A stretch of 64,000 bases of DNA from Cycas panzhihuaensis (lineage: Eukaryota > Plantae > Cycadophyta): the NCBI GenBank assembly GCA_023213395.1, contig CM041465.1:180427741-180491740 (forward strand), read 5' to 3'. A model generated the notes under the pieces. That model was not told where the DNA came from, did no database searches, and was given only the letters and a program-made list of their open reading frames with translations. Positions 39,006 through 55,300 of this stretch are shown here, one piece after another. A program made the position numbers and the translations under genes. Within the stretch, counting starts at the first letter, position 1. Each line of letters begins with the position of its first letter.

Positions 39006-41252
39006 TTGAGGGGTCAATCCAACACTTAGCTCTAGTTGATGAACAAGGAATGGACCCTTATCCAAATAAGGAGGTGGAATTTAATGAGATAGAAATAGAA
39101 GAAGGCCTAAATGAAGTTGAATTAGAAGATGAGGTCATTAAGAACCTAGCTACAATATCCTTGGCAATAATCATAGAAATTATAACCCCTTAAACTCTTA
39201 AAATTATGGGCTATATAAAGAAGGAAAGGGCAATAGTACTTATTAACTCTGGTATACATATAACTTTATTGATAAGTAATGCATAGAAAGAGTTAAAGAA
39301 TATATCTATCCCACAAATTAGTTTCAAGTAATTATTATATATAGAGGATTTGTTAAATATGGAGGAATGTGTTAAAGAGTAGAGATAACAATGGGAGAAA
39401 ATTATCTTAAGTCACAAATATATGTAATTCTTATAGGTGGTGTAAATATTATATTAGGTACCTAATGGATATGAACATTAGGGAAATTACATTAAACCTA
39501 GATAAGTTATTCATAAAATTTATATCTAAGGGTAAAATCTACACATCACAAGGATTCATTTTGATTAAAACTTAATTCATGACATCTCATAAAATGGAAA
39601 AAATGTTAAAAATTGGATGGCTAGACTTTGTTATTAGATGTTTCTCTCTTGAAGCAGAAGTTGAGGGCAATTCAATAAGGAGTAATATATAAGAAATTAT
39701 GTAAAAATACTTAGAGGTGTTTAAGGATCTTCTAATGGGACTGCCTCTTGATTGAGGTATGAAAAGTGTGATTAAACTCCAAGAAAGGTCAAAATCAATT
39801 AATATTAACCCATACCAACATCCCTATTATCAAAATAATGAAATTAAAAAAATTATTTAGGATCTATTAAAAATTAGAACCATATTACCTAGTAAAGCCC
39901 GTATGCAAAACCCATAGTCTTAGCTAAAAAAAAAAAGATTATTCCTTTTGTATATGTGTAGATTTTTATATGCTAAACAAAATAACTATTAATATATTCC
40001 TTTTTCAAGAATTGATAAACTCTTAGATGAACTTCATAGAGCTAAATATTTCACTAGATTTATGATCTGAATACTATCAAATATGTATTTATATTGAAGA
40101 TATTCCCAAAATAATATTTTATACTCATATGGGTCATTATAAATTTAATGTCATGCCCTTTAGCTTGATAAATACCCAAACAACATTTCAAGAAGTCATG
40201 AACAAAACCTTTCAACCATGGTTAAGAAAATTTGTACTCATCTTCTTTGATGATATTTTAGTATAAAGTCATAGTTGGGATGAGAACTTATTACATGTCG
40301 AGAAGGTTTTGAAGACGTTAAGAAAAAATGAGTTCTATGCTAAGAAATCATAATGTATATTTGGGAAATAGGAGATAGAATCCTTAGGATATATTATATC
40401 AGCTAAAGGAGTACCATTCTAGACTAGTCAACCCCAAAAAGTATATGCAAATTACAAGGATTCTTAGGATTAATAGGTTACTATAGAATATTTATTAAAA
40501 ACTACACCCATATCATGACCCCCTTAACTAACCTATTAAAAGGGGAACCATTCCTATGGAATAATAAGACATAACCAAGCTTCCAAAACTTAAAATAATG
40601 CATGATGATTACACCAGTACTAACCATACCCAATTTCTTAAAACCCTTCACTTTAGAATACAATGCATCTAGAAATGGAATAGGGACCATCCTCATGTAG
40701 GAAAATTACCCAATTGCATTCTAAAGAATAAAATTAAATCAAAAGAAAATATTGAAATCCACTTATAATAAGGAAATGCTAGCAACAATGCATAAATTAA
40801 TAAAATAGGTTTCTAGTCCAAATAGATCATGATAGTCTAAAATACTTCCTATACTAAAAGATATTAACCCTTGAATAAAAAAGTGGGTTACTAAAATTTA
40901 GGCATTTAACTTTGAGATATTTTATAAGAGAGGGAAGGAAAACAAGGTGGCTAATGCACAATCTAGAAGAGATGAAGAATCCATTTTATGTTCTACTACT
41001 ATTATTATTCCAACCTAGATCAATGATATCCAAGTTAAGTATACAAAATCTAAGGAAACTTAAGAGACCATAGTGAGGCTACAAGAAGAAAGATTATATA
41101 TAAGAGATAAATATGAATAGAAGAGTGATATCCTCTAATCCAAAGGACACATTTACCTAACCCCAATATCTAAGCACAAAAAATTATTTTAAAAGAATGT
41201 TATTTAGTACCCATAATAAGTCATACATGGATTCTTTAAAACCTATGTTATG
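39006..41252 (+). pseudogene. pol: Mirror copy of element A protease-RT-RNase H-integrase start (no L1)
   Basis: VLINSGIH protease-like motif, FFDDILV RT motif, YYKRGKENKVANA. The empty L1 site lies at ~40007-40024. Confidence 0.9.
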
Positions 41253-41700
41253 TGTTCTCATTGGGATTAATTTTAAAATAAGTGTCTAGTTTACTTATCT
41301 AAATTTGGGATCATTATCAAAGTCCTTCCTGAACTTTAGAATATTAATTTTATTACAAAACTTATTTGGAATTATACCCTATGGTTTATTTGAGTTGCCC
41401 CTCTAGCATTTTGATTTTGATTGGGATTTAAACTAGTAGAAATTTTCTTAACTAACTCCTTGATTGCCTTTATAATTTCTTGGATACTTATATTATCTTT
41501 ATTAAATTCATTATTTTTCTCCTTCTATGCCTCTTCATGTTGTTGTATTATCTTCCTTAGTTTATTATTAATCATAAATATTTCATTATTTAATTTAGCA
41601 TTAAAAACCATTATTTACGCAAGAGGATTTAACACAATAATTTTTAGAAGATTATATTATAAGTTATTTGGGTGTTTTGTATTTTTGTTTTATTTTTTGA
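41253..41700 (-). pseudogene. gag: Element A gag N-terminal remnant, truncated at the palindrome boundary
   Basis: Minus strand near 41253-41340 reads DPKF/ISKLDTYFKINPMRT, a gypsy gag-type motif. It lies downstream of A's PBS. Confidence 0.6.
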
Positions 41701-41991
41701 TAGAGTGCCCCACTACTTAGTCAATATACCTTGATCCACACAGAGATCAAATGTATATGGATCTAATATAGTGAGTAATTAATATATATATTATATAAAA
41801 AGAATGGTATCAAGATATATATATTATATCTGTCCTAATTAGGTAACTCTCCTAATGTACAAAATAATGTCAAAGATGTTCAATAGTTCTAGAGATAATA
41901 TTTATGTCTATCCTAAGCAAGTTACTTTCAAAAATTAAAAATTTATCTCCATTTATTAATTATGGGTAAAAGTGAATAATTCAAAAATAAC

Positions 41992-42290
<299 letters not shown>

Positions 42291-42323
42291 GTTTAATTAC
42301 AAACCATTTACTCTAATACCACT

Positions 42324-42600
42324 TTTGGTGATCCAAACAGGTCAACCATAAAAACTAAGGAATACTCCACTAATTAGAGGAGGTCAATCTCTTTGTTCAC
42401 ATATGAGGTATCTTGAAAAGGGATCTGAAGATTAATATTTAATTGACTAAATAATGATATCAAGTTATAATGGCCTACATATATGTATGTGTGTGTGTGT
42501 TGGGGGTAACCTTATATGAAAGGGTATGACCCATCAACGTACCCTTTCATAATTAAACAATAATTTGTTAAGGTAAAGGCACTTGATTTGGTACATAAAA
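42324..42600 (-). repeat. 5' LTR of element A
   Basis: Matches 3991-4259. PBS at 42310-42321. TSD ATCTT follows. Confidence 0.88.
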
Positions 42601-43374
42601 ATCTTACTAAACCTATCCACAACTATAAACAAGTAATCATGGCCCTTCTTTATCATTGATAATCCTCTAACAAAATCCATGGATATGCCCTCCCATGGTC
42701 TATTGGGTACTTGCAATGGCATATATAACCAAAGTTTCTTATTGATAAGCTTATTTATACTATAAAATATACATTGTCTAATGAATTTAGAGACTTGCTC
42801 TTACATTTTGGGCTAATAGGCATACCTTTATAAATTGGCTACTATATTTCAAATATCACAATGTTTAAATTTTTTTATGAATGTGCTTATTTAATGAGTT
42901 GAACTCTTGATCCTTATGGTATATACAACTTGCCCAATGTATAAATTAGCCCATCTTAGAGATAGAAATCAACCTTGTCATCTAAATATACATTCAAATT
43001 ACGCTTTAATTTTTCATATACCTCTTTAAAATCTATATCTTTTGAGTATTATTCTTTATATACCTCATGGGTAAATGGAACATGCTTCATTATGGTACTT
43101 ATGGCTAAAATCTTTGATATTAGAGGCCTAGAGAACATGTTATCTACCTTGTTCATGATGCCCTTCTTATATTTTATTACTAAATGGAAATATTGCAAAA
43201 CTTCCATCCATCTAAAATGCCTTACCTACTGTAATTTTATTTGAGTCTAGATATACTATAAGTTCTAGTGATTAGTGTGGATAATTACAATGATCCTTTC
43301 ATCCAATAGTTTGGCTTTTCTTTTTAATACTATTATAAGTCTTCTAGTTGTTTATGTAATAGTGAATAACTTTT

Positions 43375-43376
<2 letters not shown>
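42601..43376 (-). pseudogene. pol: Element B RNase H end to integrase N-half
   Basis: MPLQVPNRPWEGISMDFVRGLSMIKKGHDYLFIVVDRFSK. Upstream YKKGIMNKVDNMFSRP-type RNase H end. Confidence 0.9.
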
Positions 43377-45490
<2,114 letters not shown>

Positions 45491-48400
45491 TTCTCTAAAT
45501 GTATGGTTTGCTTTATAGTGTACATAAATACAATTGCAAAATAAAAAGAACAAGTGTAGAAATAAAAGGAACAAAAGAAATAGTTTTTGTTTATTTAATT
45601 ATCACATAGCATTATCCTTTATATCACATATAATTTGTTTGTAGAATAAAAGGTGGTATATATATGTAGAAATTCTAGTATAGGTTTTGCTACGACAAGA
45701 GGAGGAATTAACCAATCATTAGATATCTATATTTAATAGGATTTAACCACCTCACCCTCAACACTGATGTCTCTAACTAGGTTTTTCCCCCTCACACATG
45801 ATATCTCCATGCCACAGTAGGTTTCCCCCCTCATCCATGGTGCTATCAATGTAAGAACTGGGCTTTTCCCCCTCATCCATGATGCTACAAAGTCTGAATA
45901 TTCAATATAATAACCTAACTCCTCCCCTTCTCTTCTATTTCTAGAATACATATATGTGTTGAATATGTCAAGGGTTGTAACTAGTCCTTTATATTATATC
46001 CTTTTAGAAATAATTTTAGTTAATCTTTCATTAACATTAATTTGGTCATAAATCTTTCTTTTCTTTCCTTCATAGGGAGTTAAGAACATGACAATTCTCT
46101 TCCCTTGGTTACAACTATTCTTAGTAGTCATTTAGTTTCTCTATATCATAAAGGTACAAACATGGTCAATAAATAATTCAAGATATTACTTTTGAATAAA
46201 AGTTTTCCTTTCTTATGTTACATTATTTTTTTCACAAGATGTTCATTTAATTTCAATTTCAAAAATTATTTTATTTCTCAGTTTCTTAATTTTCTATCTA
46301 TTTTTTTAGTTTAGGTTTTAATAAGAACTCGCATTTAGGTTCTATAGTTATTTCATTCCATTGAATCAATTAGTTTTTATCAAGTTTGTGTTTTTTTAGT
46401 AGGCTTATAGGAAATACTCTAGATTTTTTATTAATCACTTTATGCAAGTTTGTAGGCTAGATTCCCTACTTATTTGAATATTTTAAAAAGGGCATAATAT
46501 CTAAGAGTCAGTTTATCATATTTCTCAAATCTTAGAGATTTTTTTAAAGGTTTGACTAAGATAAAGACTTTACCTCCCACTTGAAATTCTTTAACAAAAT
46601 ATTTCAAATTAATAAAATTCTTATATTAATCTTGGGTGACCTTCAAGTTATGTTTAGCTTTGTAAATGATTTCCTCAATTTCCACTAAATCTTCATTACA
46701 ATACTATTTTTAATGTATAGGATTAGACTAAGAAAGAGGTTTATTATGAAATTTTCTATAAATGGCTTCAAAGGGTGACATTTTAATAGAGGAATGATAC
46801 CTTTGATTATATGTAAATTCCACTACATCTAAATAGTCTTCCTAATAAAAAGGTATTTTTGTAGTATATATTCTAAGCATATCTTCTACTACTTTACTCA
46901 TTCTGGCTAGTCATCCATCTCAGGGTGATAGGTAGAACTTATTTTAAGAATAGTTATTATTTTATTAAAAAAAAACTCAAAACTAGAAGTAAATTTTGGG
47001 TTTGTATAAGATATAATGGTCTTAGGTATCCCATGTAACTAAATATTTCTTTCACAAATATGCACGCTATATCTTTTCCAGTGGAATTAATTTTAGTGGG
47101 CATGAAATGTGCCATTTTAGTTAGTCTATCTACTACAACTAAGATAATATCATGGCCTCTCAAATTTTAGAGTAAACCAATGATAAAATCCATGGTCATT
47201 AACTTCCATTTCCATCCAAGAATGTCTAGTGGTTGTAATAGTCATGGGGTTCTACTTTGTTTTGCCTAAACTTTTTTGATATAAAATATATTTTTAAATA
47301 TATAGTTATATATCTAGTTTTATTTTAGGCTATAAAACACTTTCCTAAGGGTTAGGTAGGTTTTATAGAATCTTAGATATCTAACTATAAGTATATCATG
47401 GGCATCCTTTAGGATTTCATCTTTTATTTTAGGGGTATTAAGTATGCATAATCATCCTTCATAATAAAGCAATGCATTATCTAATAAGACATATTTTTCT
47501 ATTTTCTCCTTACGATGAATATAGCATTGAGGGTTTTGGAGTTGGGAGGGAACCAATTTAAAATATACATCCTTAATCAAGAAATTTCTGATAGAATCAT
47601 TCAAGCTCATCTTTATGAAGGATAACACATTAATATAACTTTTTTTTTTTTTTTTACTAAGGGCATTTTCTACCTTATTTTTTCCCTTAGGCATATACTA
47701 GATATCAAAATCATATTTTATAATTAATTGCATTTAATCCCTATGTCTTATGTTTAGTCATGGTTGTTTAAATACATATTGTAGACTATGATGATTTATT
47801 TTAAGGGTAAATATCACTCCTAATAAATAATTTCATTGAACCTTTAAGGCACATACTATGCTTAGTAATTCTAAATCATGAGTCAAATAATTTCTTTTAG
47901 CATTTTGTAATTTTCTCAATTCATAACTTATATACCTCTTGTATTGCATTGGAACTCCTCCTAATTCATCTCTACTAGTGTTAGTGATTACTAATTAAGT
48001 TTTGTTTGAATCAAATATGATTAACACATGTATTATTATTAATGATTTTTTTAATCTGTAAAAGGCTTCTTCATATGTTGATGCCCATGTAAATGTTTTA
48101 TCCTTTTGGGTTAGGTTGGTTAATGGTATATCAATTTTAGTTTATCCTTTAATGAATTTGGATAAAATTTTGATAAACCTAAGAAGTTCCACACTTCATA
48201 TGTATCTTTTGGTTATGACCATTCTTGTATAACTTTTATCTTTTTAAGGTCAAGGGTGATTCCTTTTTTTGAAATGATGTGTCCTAGATATGGAATCTTT
48301 GTTTAGAAAAAAATATATTTACCATTTTGGCATATACTTTATGCTCTTTTATTTTTTAAAGTACCTTTCAAATATGTTGTTCATGTTATATTTTCATTTT

Positions 48401-49376
48401 TGAATATGTTAAGATATCATCTAGAAATATAATCATAAATATATCTAAATAGGATTAGAATATATTATTTATTAGGGTCATGAAAGTGGTTGATGTAATA
48501 ATTAGTCCAAAAGATAAAATAATACATTCATAATGGCCATACCTAGTATGAAAAGAAGTTTTAGGTATATATCCTTACTTAATTATGATTTGATAGTATC
48601 CTAATAGTGAATCTATCTTAGAGAAGTTTTTAAGACCATTTAATTGATCTAAATATCATCAATCCTTGGTAACAAGTATTTATTTTTTAATTATCAATTT
48701 GTTAAGTTATTAGTAATCAATGTATAATATTAAGATGCCACTTTTCTTTTTAAAAAATAATACTGGTACTCCCAATGGAGAAATACTGGGTCTAATCTTA
48801 CCTTATTCTATTAATTATTGTAATTATTCTTTAAGCTTAGTTAATTCTAAAATGGACTATCTATATAAGGTCTTTGACACTAGTTCTACTCCAAGTATAA
48901 GATTTATTACATGTTCCATAACTCCTTTTAGAGGTAGTTCTTTGATTTTTGAAGGGAATGTATCCTTGAATTCTTTAGTAATTGGATGGCCAATAGAATC
49001 ATGATTATGTGTTTGGGTGTTTTCGATTACTAATACATTAAAAAGTTTACATGTTTTATGACCACATTTTTTAGTCTATGTTATAAAAAGGGTATGTAAT
49101 TATGTGGGTGTCTCCTTCCCTTGAATAATCCTAACTCTATCAAGATGTTTAGTTATTTTAACCTATTTATTGTCGTAACCAACATATACACTATTAGGTA
49201 CTAACTAAACCATACCTATTATAATATTATATTTTCCTAGATCTAATACTTTGAAATCTCTAAATGTTTCATACTTATCTATATAAAATCTTAATTCCTC
49301 TAAAATAGAATTAGTTTGCTTAAGAGTGTCATTGTTATCCAATTCTACAGATGACAATGATGTTTATGTAGTTATC

Positions 49377-52300
49377 TCATGGATGTTAATGTATCAAGGT
49401 CATTAGATTAATTAGATAAATTATATGAAGGTGACTTCAGGTTAGCTAAGTCATATAGTTTAATTTAATTTCATTTATATTTAAGTGTAATTTTGAGACT
49501 ATGTCATTAGGTGGGAAACTCCTCTAGAAACCCTAATGCACATCCTTTGATATATATGACTAAATGTGAAGGGGAGAGTTAAAAAAAAAAATCTCACATC
49601 TAATTTTTACTCTCAATCTTATTCTCTTTATTTTGCTCTTCCTGTATGCCATTGCTTTAGTGTAGTGGATTGCAGCACTAGATCCTTCATCCAATAACTA
49701 GTATTGGAGCCATTGTTAACTACATTTCCCTACTTATCTTGCATGGAGCCGTTGATGCCTCTTACTCATAATTCATATGAGGTTGAGGGCTTAATTGAGA
49801 ACTTTATTTTATACTAGAGAGATTTAAATTTTATTATTTTATATATTACTATATTTACTATGTATTTAGAATTACATAGGTAAAAATGATTGATTTTTGA
49901 AGTCATATGACTACTGAAATAGCTTTATATCGCATTTTAAAGGGCTAAATTTTATGAAAATTTTGACAGTCTTCAATTTTGATAAAATTTGACATGCAAG
50001 GTTTCCCATCAAAGAGGAACAATTTTATCTTCTAGAGCATTTTTAGATTCAACATGTAACAACCAAATTTAGCTCAAACACAAATTTTATCTATTTAGAA
50101 GATCTACTACTAATTTCTTTAGATCTAATTGATTTCTACTAAAATTTTTTAAGAGTTTTAGTAAATATGGGTAAAACATCAATTTTGGATATGATCTCAT
50201 TAAATTTCATTGAGTATTAAGTGTGAATTTCTCTGAAAAATATCCAAATTTATGCACATGACCTAAGGAACTTTTCCTTAGTGAAATTTTTTAAATTTGA
50301 GCTAATAATCTAAATTTTTTTTAAGGGCTTTAGTAGATTTATATCTTAGAAAGATTTTGATACTGATTGCATTAAATTTCATTCACTAGTTGATGAGAAA
50401 TTTGTAATTTTCTAATGAATGTTGAATTTACCTATTCAACCATGTAAAAATATTTTGAGGGCATTTTGAGTAGTTTCTTGGCCTTCTTCAACCTATTATA
50501 GAAGGAAAAATTGATGTACATATTAAAACAAAGATTTTAATATACTAGAGTTTGGATTCTAAGACAACGAATCTGGAAATATTTTTTTATACATTTTTCA
50601 AAAATTTAACTTCACCATTTTATTAGATACATCATTTTGAGCACTTTTTTCTTTTGTCACAAATTTAGATTCTATTATTTAGGTCTCTGTATTTGTAATT
50701 TTTGTAAAATTTTACCCATTTATTATCATTTATAAATTTTGTAAATTAAAATAAATAAATAGGTGAATTAGCATGCTTCTAGATTCAAAAAAATTATTAT
50801 TTTAGCAACAGGTTGGTCTACTTTTTGGCCCTTTATGGATTTTGCATTAAACTTTCTAAAATTGAATTTGAAAACATTGTACCAAAGTAAGGGAAACCTT
50901 GGATTAAAAGCAACATCTAATTCCCTTACTAAATCTGACAAATTCTTTTTATTTTCACATATGGCATAAAGTAAATACATAAAGTAATAATAGCAATAAG
51001 CAAGCATGAAAGGCAAGCAAGTATTTGACATCTTTCTATTTCAGTTTTCAAGTTCAAGTTATTTGAAAACAACTTACACTCTTTCCTAAAAAGAATCTCA
51101 TTTGTACATCTTATACCACCAGTTCTTAACTTATGCGCATATTTATATTGGTTGAAATAGACCATAGTTGGCCAAAGTATGGGCCTTAAGAAAGGTGTGG
51201 GTTTCAGACCGGGTCTGGTCTTAATTAGAATAGTGGTGGAGGGGTAGGTTAACCATACCTATGGTCTCTAATAAGGGATAATCCTGATAACCACTTAGAA
51301 AAACTAAAAACTATAATCAAGATTAAAATATAGCCAATCTAATATCTGTCATAGATATGGGATATGTGTGTACCACCTTTTGATGTTAGGTATATCACTA
51401 CTCATTGATGAGTGGGATGAGGACTAGTAGTACTTGGGCTCCACATTGTCTTGGTTATGGTATGGGTATCACAAGTGAAGGTCCTAATACGTATACTAGA
51501 AGCCCTCTTAGGCATCGACACCTTAACTACTTTAGACTTGAGATAAAGGTTTGGGTTTAATTATATATCCTACATCACACTTGGTTTTTAGCTACATGCA
51601 CCACATACCGGGTTCTACATGGGTACAATCTTGATTGTATGATCACATGACACATTATTTATCTTTATGATCCTTATATTGCCATTTGTATATATTATGA
51701 TTGCCACTTGTACACATCATCAAATCCTTCTCTGTGAGGAGTATTTGCCATAAGTGTTGGTGGCCTATTATTATTATTTGTTATTTAATCACATTTCCCC
51801 TACTACACCAGGTGTATCAACTACATGTGTCAGTGGCATGTTCATTTACTATTTCTTCACTATCTCTTTCACTTCATCATCTTTACCATGTCTTCTCAGT
51901 TTAAGCAGAATATAAGCTACATCTTAAAAAGGAAAGATAATTGGGATCTATGGTATATTAGAGTCAAGAATGCTACTAAGTATAAAGACCTTTGGAGAGC
52001 CCATCTGTAACTTATATCTATCATCCCTGCGATAACAACAACACCTGCCTGTAGAGGAACTCCACCTATATATCTGGTAGGTCCTATAGTTAAATTACAA
52101 TGGTAAATTAATGATGAGAAGACTTATGCAGGTATTCTATTAGTGAATAATCACTTCTTACATAATCTAATTGATGAAAAATAACATGATATAACTTGGA
52201 AAGTCCATGAGGTTCTTAAAAAGAATTTCAATGTAAAGTCTAACCTTGAATTTGTTCATCTAGTCTTAAAGATGAACAAGATGAAGATACATAAGGGATG

Positions 52301-55300
52301 TGCATATGAAATAATCAACCTCCTTCAATTGATCAAACAAATAATAGACAAAGATTTTAAGACCCAATGTATTATATGCTTATTCCTTATACAATCCTAT
52401 CTACATATGCTTGATTATAAGAACTTGTTTGGGAGTCTTCAATTAAGTGAAATGTTAAAGATGCTTAACTTTGAAGCTCTTATAAAGAGGTTTATAGAAT
52501 TTGATAAGACCTTTGATACTAATTTTGTAACTTTAGATCCTCTTTTAGATGCAGCTTTTGATATAGAAGAAAAAGTATGTTTCTTAAAAAATTAGGGTTC
52601 ATCTTATGGTAGAGAAAATAACTAATTAAGGGATAGAGGATGAGGTAGAGGTGTAGAGGAGGAGGTAGAGGAAATAAACTACTAGGTCAACAAAACCCTT
52701 AACAATAGTAGCCTAGACAATCTTAAGGCTAAGTACCACCTTTCAATGTAAGGCAATTAGGCCAAACTAGTTCTTTAGGGAATAGGAATCAGATTATCAT
52801 TTGCGAAAGGTGTAATAAGAGTACACCTTGTAAAGGACTATCATATACCTACAAATAAGCTACTTAAGTTTCAACAGAAATATAAGGCTTACAATATTAA
52901 TAAAGCATATGAAGAATAATTTGGTGGTACTAGTTTTTCCTAAGCACACCTTAAAAAATTTAAGAGATCCTTATCAATAGAAGCGATTGATCAAACTAAG
53001 AGGTATTTTGAAGCCCATTGTAGCTATGCCACTTGTGATCTTAAATCACCAATGCAAACCTCTCTTAGAGTTATAAACAACATAACTTCAAACACCTCCT
53101 CATGGATCATGGATATAAGAGTGATATAACATATGATCTACAATCAAGATCTATATCAAACTTTTGATTCCAATGTATATGGTGTCATTCACATGGTCGA
53201 AAAATCCTAATAATCAATTAAAGGTATTGGAAACATATGTTCAAAACTCCCAGGCTTAAGATATTTCACATTACTTGATGTCTTATACATTCCTAATCTG
53301 AAACAAAACTTACTGTCTTTATCTACTCTTATCTCCTGTGGATTTGATCTTAGTGTTATTACAAATGACCAAACTCTCCAGGTCATTCACCTTCTAACAA
53401 ATTGAGTGGTCTTGACTGGAGTGATTACTAGAAAATTATTTAGATTGAATGACTCCCCATCTTCTAAAGCCAATTGGGCTCAAAGCCGTTGTGCTAACAA
53501 GGATTTTATTTTTAATACCACTTTGATACACCCTATGTTGTCCCAAGAAGCTCTTTGGCATGCTCGCATGGGTTACACTTATATTAATTGACTTAGAGAT
53601 CTTTGTCACACCCTTCCAAGTATGCTTAAGTTATTCTCTAAGCCTTTTAAATATCAAGCTTATATCATAGCCAAATCTCATAGACAACTCTTTCTTGATA
53701 GTCAGTGGAGATCGAGTCATCCTCTTCAATTAGTACACTCTAATCTATACAGACTAATGTCCATTCCATAATTAAAGTAGAAATTATATTACATATCCTT
53801 CATTGATGATTTTACCAAGAAAGTGTGGGTGGATTTTCTAACCAGGATAGATGAGGTATTTGGTGTCTTTAAAGCCTTTAAAGCTCATACCAAAAAGGGG
53901 TCATGTTATTAGATTAAGTGTCTTTGAATAGATAATAGTAGGGAATATATCTCTACTGAGTTTGAAACCTACCTACGAGATAATAATATCAAGTATCATA
54001 CTATAATAGCAGGCACCCCCTAACAAAATGGAGTTATCGAGTGCATGAATAGGTCTATTATGAATATGGCTCTAGCTATGTTAGTTTATAAAAATGTACC
54101 TACTTACCTATAGGTAGATGTAATTTGGACAACTATTTACTACATCAATACTATCATCCCACCTAAAGGAGGAACTTCTCTTAATGAAAAGTGGACTAGA
54201 TAGGCCCCCATTACCTACCACTTCAGAGTATTTGGCTTAACATGTTATGCCTATATACTAAATGGAGATAGAAATAAACTCCAACCTAGGTCACTTAAAG
54301 GCATCTTTGTTGGATACCTTATAGACAAAAAATGGTACAAGGTCCTTATACCTTCATAGTGGAAGATTATTATCACTAGAGACATGGTGTTTATTGAAAT
54401 AGAGGATCAATTATTATGATTAGACTTTAAAATATCAAATTATTATTACTATGATGTTACTCAATATGATGTACATATTCTAAACTTTGGTTGGGGGGGG
54501 AGGGACACTCAAGAGTTACTCAATTTATTGGAATATGATAATAGAGCCATGGAGGATAATAGCTATGGCTTTGAACTAATTAGTGCATGTCATGTACCAC
54601 CATTTGAGAATAACAGAGTTGACAAAGTAATGGCAGATGGACCATACTCCCTTGATGTAAAATGACCCTTTTTAGGATCTAAATGAAGACTATGTAGTTG
54701 AAGAAATGAAGATATCATTCCCAACTTGAGGTTCTCATGAAACTCACCAGCTAAATAAGGATATACGACCTAATGCGATGGGAAAAATTGGCACTCAAAA
54801 TGCTTACAGAGCTAAGATATAGGAATCAATTTCTATTAAGCTAGAACTGATAGAACTACATCTTGCTCTTAATGAAGAGCTCCTCTTATACTAAGAAGTT
54901 GTAAAACATATAGCTTGGAGGAATACCATAAGTGAAAACTATCAATATCTTATAAAAAATGATACATGGGAGCTCGTCAAACTATCACTTAGAAGAAATG
55001 TAGTTCAAAAGAAATGGGTATACAAAAATTAACACAGATCTAATAGAACCCTTAAAAAACATAAGGTGAGGTTGGTAGTAAAGGGATTCACATAAAGGGA
55101 AGGCATTAACTACATTGAAGTCTTTGCACCTATGACCAAGTGGCCTATAATAAAAACTCTTATGGCCTTGGCAACTCAACAAGGCTGAAAGATTCACCAG
55201 ATTGATGTGAAAATTGCATTTCTAAATGGTGATCTTGAAGAAGAAATCTACATGGCTCAACTTAAAGGATTTGAGATTGCTAGTCAAAAGCATAAGGTGT

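Larger units (their letters stand above)
29396..41252. repeat. Giant inverted repeat/palindrome: left arm 29396-37254 (includes L1), 7-nt loop 37255-37261, right arm 37262-41252
   Basis: Centre ctctatgtttc-cttatta-gaaacatagag. Mirror ORF pairs 36124-36402(-)/38114-38374(+) and 29960-30154(+)/40502-40696(-). 9 differences in the 178-bp LTR segment (~95% identity). Confidence 0.97.

Noticed and set aside
29396-41252. Palindrome as a sequencing fold-back artefact or as two head-to-head insertions
   Set aside because: The arms differ by ~5%, have private indels, and one has an L1 with TSDs, so this is not a read artefact. Both arms share the same composite junction and stops, so they are not independent insertions.
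29396-41252. Foldback/Mutator-type DNA transposon with long TIRs
   Set aside because: No TSD at the outer ends, the left arm continues seamlessly into A's integrase, and no transposase is seen.
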